Shown: in pieces, positions 7,164 through 15,800 of the stretch
How the letters are laid out: each line of letters begins with the position of its first letter
Position numbering within the stretch: position 1 is the stretch's first letter
Assembly: GCA_000025185.1 (NCBI GenBank)
Contig: CP001848.1
Coordinates: forward strand, 4,920,001-4,952,000
Length of the DNA: 32,000 nt
Origin: Pirellula staleyi DSM 6068
GTDB lineage: Bacteria; Planctomycetota; Planctomycetia; Pirellulales; Pirellulaceae
Reading direction: 5' to 3'
The notes under the pieces: generated by a model
What the model saw: only the letters and a program-made list of their open reading frames with translations
What the model was told of the DNA's origin: nothing
The model's database searches: none
Translations under genes and position numbers: made by a program

Positions 7164-8908
7164 TGAGAAGTCTCCCGTACTCCGCCAGGAACAACCGACG
7201 GGTTGTTCCCGCCAGTGTGCGAGGCAGTCGGCGGAAGCGACAGGGCAATACTGGAGAGAGGAACGGTGTCCCCTTTACCGGATAACCCGGCGGAACTTGT
7301 CTGCTGGGTATCGGACATCGAACTACTGCTGCGGCGCACACCGGATGCGAAATCGGCGAGGATGCGCTCGGCGGCATCGCGCACCAGTGGGTGCGAATCG
7401 GTGAGCGACTGACGAACCGCTAGGCGCGACTCGGGAGTGTCGATCGTGGCCAGCACGCGCAAGGTTTCGAGCCGCAGGAATTGATCTTCGTCGCTCAGCA
7501 GAAGCGTGAGGGAGTCGATCATCGAGCTGGCAACATCGAGCGCGAGCATCATATCGAGTGCGCGGCGCTGACGAATCTTCGAATCGGCCAGTAGCTCGAT
7601 TTTTAGGAGCGGAATGGTATCAGCATCCACTTTCCGAACGATCGCGCCGGTGCTTTGACGAATCGAAGGAACCAGCGACTCGAAGTTCGCAAGGAATCGT
7701 GGGAAATGAAAATCTTCGAGTGCCTCTTGCACGGCTGAGCGTTCGACTTGATGGGGGCTATCGAGCATTTTGACAAGTCGCGACAACACAGCCGGAGAGA
7801 TCCGCTTGCGTAGCGATTTGACCACCGCAGCGCGAACCGTGGGATCTTCGTCGTCGAGCACGCGGAGCGCAAGTTCACTCGCTGCTGAGGTCGAGAATTC
7901 CTCGAGAGCAGTGGCAGCGATGCGCCGCGCGGCAAGTTTGCCTTGCCTTAAAATCGCCGCCAAAACCGCCAGCGACTGCGAGCGTGGCAAATGCGAGAGC
8001 ACTGCCATCTGCACGGCGCCAGCCTGTTCGGCTTCGCTGAGCGCTTCAAGGATCGACAGATTCTCTTGCATCCAAGGAATATTTTCGATGCGGCGTAAAT
8101 TGGCTTTCACCGCGGGGGAAGGCTCGTTGCCAACCTTACGCAGCAGCAGTCGTACGAAACTCAGGTCGTGCCGTCGCGCCAAGATCGTGAGGGCTCCGAG
8201 CGGCGTGGTGGTATCGTCGAGCATCGACAGCAGCAAGCGCTGAATGCCTGTTCGTGTCGAGAACTGCAGCGCCGACGCAACACTCGCAAACGACCGATCG
8301 GCGGGCGATTGCAGCACGCGACGCAGCGTCATATTGTCGTGCCCTGCGAGGAGCAAGAACGCTTCGACAATCGTCGCCTGGCCATGTTCAGACGCTGTGG
8401 AGGCAGCGCGTTCGAGACTCGGCAGCACAAAGGCTCGCTGTATTTGAGGATCGCGCCGATTGCGATAGTCGCGCGGACGAAACAGCTCTTCGTGCAGCAA
8501 TTCCGCAAGTTCAATCGCTGTGTTGGCTGCTTCACTAGCCAGCGGATCGCCGGGGGTGCAAGTCACTTCCACAAGCTGGGGGATTTGATCGAACTCGTGC
8601 ATCTCGATCATCGCCTGGCAAGCAACCGGCCAAAGCTCGGCATCGCGATGCAGAATGACATGCCGCAACGTTTGCGACATCCATGAAGCATGCTCGCTCA
8701 TCAGCGATTTGAGATTCGGTGCAAAGCCTTTCCAGCGACGAAGAACCTGCTGCTGTCCCCATGGCGACTGGCGCATCACGAGAGCCGACAAAGCTTGTTC
8801 CGCCAGCGCGCGATTTCCCGAATCGACAGCGACGAGCAGTAACTCGTCGGCCACGTTGTTCTCGGTTTCAGCGAGCAACTTGAACGTAATGTCGGGGCCT
8901 GAACTCAC
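7160..8908 (-). CDS. HEAT-repeat protein
   Basis: 582-aa ORF with a GTG start. It is all-helical with recurring HEAT/PBS-lyase-type units (VLDDEDPTVRAAVVKSL, LLSDEDQFLRLETLRVLA, LTDSHPLVRDAAERILA) and a Ser/Thr/Gly-rich C-terminal tail. Confidence 0.75.
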   Translation of the reverse strand: MSSGPDITFKLLAETENNVADELLLVAVDSGNRALAEQALSALVMRQSPWGQQQVLRRWKGFAPNLKSLMSEHASWMSQTLRHVILHRDAELWPVACQAMIEMHEFDQIPQLVEVTCTPGDPLASEAANTAIELAELLHEELFRPRDYRNRRDPQIQRAFVLPSLERAASTASEHGQATIVEAFLLLAGHDNMTLRRVLQSPADRSFASVASALQFSTRTGIQRLLLSMLDDTTTPLGALTILARRHDLSFVRLLLRKVGNEPSPAVKANLRRIENIPWMQENLSILEALSEAEQAGAVQMAVLSHLPRSQSLAVLAAILRQGKLAARRIAATALEEFSTSAASELALRVLDDEDPTVRAAVVKSLRKRISPAVLSRLVKMLDSPHQVERSAVQEALEDFHFPRFLANFESLVPSIRQSTGAIVRKVDADTIPLLKIELLADSKIRQRRALDMMLALDVASSMIDSLTLLLSDEDQFLRLETLRVLATIDTPESRLAVRQSLTDSHPLVRDAAERILADFASGVRRSSSSMSDTQQTSSAGLSGKGDTVPLSSIALSLPPTASHTGGNNPSVVPGGVRETSQ

Positions 8909-9195
8909 GCATCGAGATCCGGAAAAGGTCGCACAAGGGAGAAGTCGTGGACGTTTGCGCAGGCCGGTCTGAACTCGGCGACCAGCGCAACTGTCACAAG
9001 AAAAACTTACGCCACACGCTACCGCGAGTGCGCAGGCAAGCGTCTAGGTCGCCGCTGCAGCCTGTTTCGGCGCTCGCCACCATCGCGCTAATCGCTACAT
9101 TCGTTACAAGCGGTCTCGCAGCTGCTTGAAGAAGTCCCTCTTCGCGGGGTGATGCGCGTTGGCAAGCGTGGCGCAGTAGCGCTGGGCGAGTAAGC

Positions 9196-9241
9196 AAAAA
9201 AAGAGGGCAAACGTCCGTTTTCTGACGGATTTGTTAGCCTC
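9196..9241 (-). terminator. orphan intrinsic-terminator-like hairpin plus U7 on the minus strand
   Basis: On the minus strand the sequence reads GAGGC-taac-AAATCCGT-cagaaa-ACGGA(cg)TTT-GCC(C)TC, directly followed by TTTTTTT (seen as A7 at 9196-9202 on the + strand). No confident minus-strand gene ends here. Only the weak 66-aa ORF 9234-9434 does, and its TAA lies in the 5' arm. Confidence 0.35.
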
Positions 9242-9517
9242 GGCGGCGCTTGCGGACCTGCGGGTGGCTTGATTTCGTCGCCCCTGTCACTGAAACTGAA
9301 AGATTCAGGAAGTTGGCTGAATGGGTGCCGTGCAACATGCAGGTTGCCAGTGATCGGAGCGATCGCCAGCCGAACTTCTTCCCGCCCGCTTTGCTACTCC
9401 TTTGCTTCCACGTCTCTTGCCAGCGCTCGACCACTTTCGCACAACGATTCTCTGCATACAGCGAGTCGAAGACCGAAACTGGTTGCGTGGCTGACTTGAA
9501 CCCTCGAGGTGCTCGCG

Positions 9518-9784
9518 ATGTCGATTCCGCTAACAGCTGCTGAAGTGTTGCAGCGAGAGTTTCTCGAAACCCGGGCCAAGATTCTCGAGCTCGCAGCGGC
9601 CTTCGATCGACTGGATCGGAGCAGCGGCTCGGTGGAAAGCGACCAACGAATCGCTCGTATTCGCGAGGCGCTTAAAGTCCTCACGGAAGTGAAAGCGGGT
9701 CGTGCCGAGCAAGTGCAGCTTGTTTTTTCACGTCCCTACGACAGCGAGTGGCCACAAACGATGGACATGAGCAATCGTTCGTAG
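9518..9784 (+). CDS. hypothetical small helical protein
   Basis: ATG 9518 has GAGG 8 nt upstream; the track ORF begins at GTG 9509. The product is 88 aa, charged and helical (EFLETRAKILELAAAFDRLDR...RIARIREALKVL). It lies on the same strand 66 nt upstream of the TatD-like gene. I recognise no family. Confidence 0.5.
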   Translation: MSIPLTAAEVLQREFLETRAKILELAAAFDRLDRSSGSVESDQRIARIREALKVLTEVKAGRAEQVQLVFSRPYDSEWPQTMDMSNRS

Positions 9785-9850
9785 CTCGCAAAATTCCGGG
9801 CGCTCGTTTTTAGCCTTTCCTTGCCTCTCAGCTCGTCGAGCATCACTGCC

Positions 9851-10690
9851 ATGGACTACTTTGATCCGCACATTCACATGGTCTCGCGCATTACCGACGA
9901 CTACGAAACACTCGCGCGCATGGGATGTGTCGGGATGAGTGAACCGGCGTTTTGGGCCGGCTTTGATCGCGGCAGCGCCGATGGCTTTCGCGACTACTTC
10001 CGCCAGCTCACGGAAGTCGAGCCTAAGCGGGCGGCCTTGTTCGGCATTCAGCACTACTGCTGGCTCTGCATCAACGCCAAGGAAGCGGAAAACGTCTCCC
10101 TTTCGCGTGATGTCATTAAGATGATCCCTGAGTTTATCGACAAGCCAAACGTTCTTGGAATTGGCGAAATCGGGCTCAATAAAAACACGCGCAACGAAGC
10201 AATTGTGTTTCTCGAGCACCTCGATCTCGCCGCCCGTTTTCAGCAGCAGATCCTGATCCATACGCCTCACCTGGAAGACAAGTACCAGGGAACCCGAATG
10301 ATCCTCGATATGCTCAAGGGAGATAGCCGCATCAATCGTAGTCGTGTGCTCGTTGATCATGTCGAGGAACATACGGTGCGACATGTGCTCGAAGAAGGCT
10401 TTTGGGCCGGCATGACGCTGTATCCCGTCACCAAATGCACACCGCAGCGAGCCTGCGACATCATTGAAATGTATGGCCCCGAGCGGCTGATGGTGAATTC
10501 AGCAGGGGACTGGGGCCCTAGCAAACCGACAGCGGTCCCAGACTTCATTTTTGAAATGCGCCGTCGTAAACACCCCGAAAGTTTGATTCGCAAAGTGGTG
10601 TACGAGAACCCGCTCACGTTCTTCTCGCAGAGCGAAAAGTTTCGCTTCACCGCGCGTGATGGATCGCTCGTAACCGGCAAAGAAATCTAG
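9851..10690 (+). CDS. TatD-family metal-dependent hydrolase (amidohydrolase superfamily)
   Basis: ATG 9851 (MDYFDPHIHM...); the track ORF starts 30 nt earlier. Hallmarks are an N-terminal HxH (DPHIHM), GEIGLN (compare the TatD GEIGLD box), IHTPH and VDHV. Length is 279 aa. Confidence 0.8.
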   Translation: MDYFDPHIHMVSRITDDYETLARMGCVGMSEPAFWAGFDRGSADGFRDYFRQLTEVEPKRAALFGIQHYCWLCINAKEAENVSLSRDVIKMIPEFIDKPNVLGIGEIGLNKNTRNEAIVFLEHLDLAARFQQQILIHTPHLEDKYQGTRMILDMLKGDSRINRSRVLVDHVEEHTVRHVLEEGFWAGMTLYPVTKCTPQRACDIIEMYGPERLMVNSAGDWGPSKPTAVPDFIFEMRRRKHPESLIRKVVYENPLTFFSQSEKFRFTARDGSLVTGKEI

Positions 10691-10834
10691 TCCGAGCCCA
10701 TTCAAGGGGTCACAGAAAACCAAGGGCGAAGTAGCGGCAAGCAAAGCTCGCACACTACTCCGCCTCGAGGATGATCTCGGCTTACGTCGCAGCTCAAGGC
10801 CACGATGGAAGCATTTTGATAGGAGCTGGGCGAA

Positions 10835-11101
10835 CTACTTCGCGCAGCATCCGCTGGCCGAAGTCGAGCAGCAGATCTTCTCACTCACCTGGGCTACGGC
10901 AAGCGAAGGGCAGCAGGCTGGCGTGCAAGTCTCGCACAGGCAGTCGCCACCTTTGTCGCAGCTGCAGCCAAGTTCGACACATTGGCACGTTTCACAGACG
11001 CACGATGCACCGCAGCAGCAAGCTGGAGCCTTGGCCGAAACCGAGGTCGTGGCGGCTGAAAACGTGAAGAACGACAGAACGGCAAAAAGTAAACTAATCA
11101 C
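10835..11101 (-). CDS. exported ultra-cysteine-rich small protein (metallothionein-like Cys density)
   Basis: 88-aa ORF with a GTG start and GGAG ~11 nt upstream. It has a hydrophobic leader MISLLFAVLSFFTFSAATTSVSA|K. The remaining ~64 residues contain 18 Cys (ACCCGASCVCETCQCVELGCSCDKGGDCLCETCTPACC...ICC...GCC). The overlapping + strand ORFs look less protein-like. Confidence 0.6.
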   Translation of the reverse strand: MISLLFAVLSFFTFSAATTSVSAKAPACCCGASCVCETCQCVELGCSCDKGGDCLCETCTPACCPSLAVAQVSEKICCSTSASGCCAK

Positions 11102-11172
11102 GGTAGGTAGCTCCGAAAATCGAATCTGGAATCAAGTCAGAAAAAATGGAACAAGACGAAACGTCTTTCCCA

Positions 11173-11739
11173 TTAATTCCGCCAGACACACAGATGCGCA
11201 TGGAGTCGCGTCGGAATGGCATCGAGAGGATGCGTGAAGAGAAACTGCTCGCGATCGGCTGATGCCAAAGCGATTAGTTGTGCCGGGTTCCAGTCGGAGG
11301 CCGGAGCGAGATCGACTTCCGCGTGATGAACTGATGCATGCGACGGGTGAGCCGGTACTGCTGGTGCAGGGGCCTCCATATCCGAGCCGCAGTTGCAGTC
11401 GCAATCCGATGTAGCAGCGCTATCGCTCGGCGAATCCTCAGCGGAATGATTTACCGCAGCGGAGTGATCGGGGTTGCAGCACGAACGGGTCGCTTTCGGC
11501 GCGTCGGCTGGTTTCGAGCAGCAGCTCGCCCGGCCGACCACTTTCTTGCAGCCGCAGGCCGAGTCGCTCGAATCGCAGCATGAGGAGGCGGTGGCGGCGG
11601 CGTTTGTGACAGCCGCGATGTCGCAGCAGCCCGAGCAGCTGCAGTCAGCCAAAAGTCGCGCCGGAAAACAAGCGAACAACACCATCGCCACCAGGGCGAG
11701 GGGCTGTGCGAGCTTTCGAACTCGGCGGACCAGGGTCAT
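11173..11739 (-). CDS. exported Cys/His-rich protein
   Basis: 188-aa ORF with an ATG start. The signal-like N-terminus is MTLVRRVRKLAQPLALVAMVLFACFPARLLA|D. Cys clusters follow: CSCSGCC, SSCC, ACGC, SCCSKP, SCCNPD and CDCNCG (15 Cys). His-rich stretches are HSAAVNH, HPSHASVHH and RLHAHLC. A non-repetitive C-terminal ~45 aa completes the protein. Confidence 0.65.
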   Translation of the reverse strand: MTLVRRVRKLAQPLALVAMVLFACFPARLLADCSCSGCCDIAAVTNAAATASSCCDSSDSACGCKKVVGRASCCSKPADAPKATRSCCNPDHSAAVNHSAEDSPSDSAATSDCDCNCGSDMEAPAPAVPAHPSHASVHHAEVDLAPASDWNPAQLIALASADREQFLFTHPLDAIPTRLHAHLCVWRN

Positions 11740-12053
11740 GATGCTTCGATTCGTAGAAAGTAGAGAGGATCTAAGCAGCTGCGTGCGGAGCTGTTGCTCT
11801 TAGCTTGTGTACGCTGCTTCTACCAGCATTGTTCACACCAAGTTCGCTCGAATCAACTGCAACTTTCTGCAATCCTTCCTAAAACCGCCCTGGGAATGGT
11901 CTTGCGGCCTGAAAAACCAGGGGCTTGGCGAACGTTTCACGTCTCGCTGGAATCCCTTTCTTTCTCATGTTAGGTTAAGGAGCTTGCAATGCTTTCGCTT
12001 CTTCCTCCCATCGAACACTCCGGTTCGATCCACCGTCTCACAGGACTCGCTGA

Positions 12054-12734
12054 ATGATTCGCCTGCACTCCGCTGTTGTTGCCATGCTCTTGGCAATTTC
12101 CTCTTGGGCTTCGGCCGAAGAAGGTTTCACCCCTCTGTTCGATGGCAAATCGCTCGCAGGCTGGAGCGGTCACGATAAGTTCTGGTCGGTGAAGGATGGC
12201 GCGATCACCGGACAAACCACTCCCGAAAATCCGACGCAAGGAAACACATTCCTGCTGTGGAAAGACGAAGTCGCCAACTTCCACCTGAAGCTGAAGTTCC
12301 GCATCGTGGGTGGCAACAGCGGCATTCAATACCGCAGCAAGCACGAAGGTAACTTTGTCGTCGGTGGCTACCAAGCCGACATCGATTCGACCGACACCTA
12401 CATTGGCATTTTGTACGAAGAACGTGGTCGTGGCATTCTGGCCGAACGTAGCAAGAAGGTCGAAATCTCGGAGAGTGGTGAGAAGAAAGTGGTGGGAGAG
12501 ACCGCCGACAGCAAAGCCATTCTCGAGTCGATCAAAAAGGAAGATTGGAACGAGTACGAAGTGATCGCTAAGGGGAACGAACTGACCCAAAAGATCAATG
12601 GCATGGTGACGATCCATGTGATCGACAACGAGAAGGCTAAAGCAGCCACCAAGGGTGTGCTCGCGCTGCAACTGCACGCTGGTCCACCAATGCTGGTGCA
12701 GTTCAAAGACATCGAGATCAAGACGCTCGATTAG
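12054..12734 (+). CDS. secreted DUF1080 (3-keto-disaccharide hydrolase-like) domain protein
   Basis: 226-aa ORF with signal peptide MIRLHSAVVAMLLAISSWASA|EE. It shows the DUF1080 pattern: GFTPLFDGKSLAGW, W.V.DGAI, NSGIQYR, YQADI, WNEYEVIAKGN, LQLH....VQFKDIEIK. Confidence 0.85.
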   Translation: MIRLHSAVVAMLLAISSWASAEEGFTPLFDGKSLAGWSGHDKFWSVKDGAITGQTTPENPTQGNTFLLWKDEVANFHLKLKFRIVGGNSGIQYRSKHEGNFVVGGYQADIDSTDTYIGILYEERGRGILAERSKKVEISESGEKKVVGETADSKAILESIKKEDWNEYEVIAKGNELTQKINGMVTIHVIDNEKAKAATKGVLALQLHAGPPMLVQFKDIEIKTLD

Positions 12735-12816
12735 TCGCGCGGATTCGCTGATCGCCGCTCACCACAAGTGAGTCGATAAATCATCAGCTCGGCACGGAGC
12801 GCTAGTTTTCTAGCAT

Positions 12817-12837
12817 GCTCGGTACCGAGCTTTTTTT
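12817..12837 (+). terminator. rho-independent terminator of the DUF1080 gene
   Basis: GCTCG-gtac-CGAGC hairpin (12817-12830) directly followed by TTTTTTT (12831-12837). An outer pairing AGCTCGG (12786-12792) with CCGAGCT (12825-12831) is also possible. Confidence 0.6.
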
Positions 12838-12873
12838 GTGGCGATAGTTTCTGGAACGACGATCGCCGAGCAG

Positions 12874-15800
12874 CTACTTGCGTGGGGCGAGTTTCACCCG
12901 CGCTTGTTTGGTCTCACTCGCGTGCTGGAAGTCGATGGTGACTTCGTTACCAGCATCTTTTTCGCTGAGCGCGGTTTGCAGTGTCTCGAGCGACGTGATG
13001 GCGTTTCCATCGATTCGCAGCAGCACGTCGCCAATCGCAATTCCTTGGGCAGCAGCGGCGCTCCCTTTGGCAAGCGATTTCACGGCCATTCCAGCAGGTG
13101 TCACTTCAGCTTCCAAGCCAAGCTCGGGCTCCATGCCAGGGGACCAGTTGCCGAAGCTTGTTCCTTCGACAAGTTTGGCCAGTTGCGATTCGATCGTTCC
13201 CCAGTGAACACGGGTGTAGAGCATGCCGCCATACGGACTTTGCCGTGCAGCCAAGCCGATGATCTGACCATCGGTCGACAAGAGTGGCGAACCGATCGCT
13301 TGCTGCATGTCGTTACGATCGATCCACAAACTGCTGCGATAAGCGCGGCGCAGCTGCACCACTTCGGGGGTAATCTTTGCCATCGCATCGGTCGCGCGTG
13401 GCCAGTTGGCCGACAAGCAAGGACGATCAAACTGCAAATCGGCGGAGTTCCACATGCCGATGGTGGGAAACTGTTGCTCGGTCACTTTCAGTTTGATGAT
13501 CGTGGCGTTCATGCTGCGCGAAGTGCCACGAATTTCCCCTTCGAGGACCTTTTCACCCATCGGCTCCGGGCCCGCATAGCTTCCGGTGGTGAGATGCACT
13601 TTCACCGTCCCCGTTTGTCCGCTGAGGGCATGAGCGCTCGTGATCAACCAGCCGTTGTTGTTGATCATGGCAGCCCCTTGGCGAACTCCCTCGGCCGTTT
13701 CGATCCACGCCATCGCAGGCCACACGCGCTGCATCAAATTCAGCGACAACTCTTCGCGGGCTTTGCGATTCACCTGCTCGGGAGTCGGTGCTTGGGGAAG
13801 CAGATCAAAATCGTCGTGACGTCGGGCAAAGTAAATGTGATCGATCCAGAGAGTCTCTCCTTCGACCGCAGTGGCAGCGAGGCCGGTGATCTCGCAGCTG
13901 CCAAAGTCGGCATACAGATCGCGTGTGATGACGACCCAGTGATCCGGAAGACGATCGTTCCAAACGCGCGGGCTGTTCTCGAAAGTCGACTTGCCGGGAC
14001 CAATCAAAAAACAAGCAGGAACCGGTCGATTGTCGCGCGTCAGAATTTCGAGAGCCGCATGCCCTCCACCCCGTTTTTTCACCGCAAATCGAGCAAAGCG
14101 ATACTGGCCCCACTCGGGACGTTCGCGAATCTCGATCATTCCTTCGAGGGGCCAGGTGGCACGTGTTCCTGGAGCAATTTGTAGCGAAGTGCTGCCGTAG
14201 TACGTTTCCGCATCGGTGAACGCAGCACTCGCAGCACCGGTGTCGCTGGTACTTTCGATAGTCACCTTTTCTTCAAGACCACGGTAGAGCGTGGGAAGCT
14301 GCGAAACGGTGGTGATCGAACGGAAGTGCATCGGCGGGCTCTCGGCCGACGTAATGAGACGCAGTTCGATGGGAACAGCTCCACCCGCTCCGCGCTGCAC
14401 AGTGGCGAGCGAGACAATGAGCGGCTTAAAGTCGGCCGCGCTTTCGTGCATTTGACGCTGCGGAACACGCAGCTCTCCTACAATCTCGCCAGCCAGGCGA
14501 ACTTCAATCATTGGATCGGTACCACGAGCCTGTGGGCGTGTGACACCAATCATCAGCCACTGATCGCTGGGAGAGAGCCGCATCGTTTTGCGAAACAGCA
14601 GCGGTTCGCCGCGCAGGCCAATCGACGTTTGCAGTCGATGTGGCGAGGGAGCTTGATAGTCGTAAGAAACCTCGACTTCGATTTTTTCGATCGCCGGAAT
14701 ACCACTTGGAAGAATCACTTCCCACCCTTCATAGGCTGCGAATTGCAGCGGAATTCTCGCAGCAATTTGTTCATTCACTTTTGCTTTGTCGAAAGTCAGG
14801 ACGAGATCGCCCCAATTCGCACGGTCGCGAATATCGAGGGGATCAGCCCCCGCAGGACGCGACTGATGGACCGGATCGACTTCAAAAATCAGCTCGTTTT
14901 TGGGTCGGGCTCCTGAAAGATCGCCGGCAACTTCGAGCGGCAAATCTCGGAAATCAGAGACCTGGCTCGAACCGACAATCACCTCGCTCTTCCAGAGATC
15001 TTTGGCAACGAGCCCCGAGCGACGGACGAACCCTTGTAGACAGCCGCCGGTTCCACTTGAACGATCGATCGCCAGATTACCGCGTAGCGTTGCGGAGATC
15101 GGCGGGAGTTCGAATGTAAGTTTCCAGCCCGAAGTCATGCCGATGCCGGTGCCGACAAGTCGCGTGGTGGAGGCGAGTTCTTCTCCCGACGACGAACGGC
15201 CGATGCGAGGAGGGGAGCCGGAGAGGGTGGAACTTGCAAGGCGCTCGCTGCTAAATGGAACGCGCGCGACGAGCACTTCGTGAGGAAGAAACGATTGTCG
15301 CAGCACGATGTCGCGGCTGGGAACCCACAGCAGATCGAGCGCCCAAGCAGGCTGAATGCCATGCACCCAGCGATGCGATTCGCCGGAGTTTCCTTCGCCG
15401 CGCGGATAGTAGCGCTCGAGCGACGTGGTGGCGATGAGTCCCCCGAGAGCTTCGATTTGGAGTAAGCGCGAAGTGCCGTTGGGAGTCAGCAGCGCGAGCT
15501 CGTCAAAATACTCTTTCCAGTAGTCGCGCGTCGGCAGAGTGATCTCGGCGATATCTTGCCAAACGATTTTGGAGCTTCCCTCGGCTGCAAGTAGATTCAC
15601 CGTCCCATCGCCAAAGCGAGCGGCTCGAAAGGCCAAGGTGCGGCCATCGCGCAAGTGAAGTTCGCCGGGTCGGGCGGCGTCACCCGCGCGGCGCTGCCAC
15701 ACGATTCGTTTCACGGCAGGCACCTTCACTCGGATCGTCCCCGCCGGTTTGTTTTCGGGAGGGACCAGCGTGATCGAGGGCCGAACGATGAAGTAATCCC

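Noticed and set aside
12022-12034. ggttcgatccacc looks like a tRNA T-arm/T-loop.
   Set aside because: No complementary T-stem, acceptor stem, anticodon arm or D-arm can be drawn around it. It lies just upstream of the DUF1080 start and is most likely chance.
12838-14184. 448-aa + strand ORF, and similar long ORFs at 9728-10384 (-), 11970-12677 (-), 19638-20255 (-) and 23933-24721 (-).
   Set aside because: All lie antisense to genes with clear family motifs (protease/PDZ, TatD, DUF1080, HtrA, XdhC). Their products are Arg/Gly/Ala-rich and low-complexity without motifs. This is the typical stop-codon-poor antisense frame of GC-rich coding DNA.
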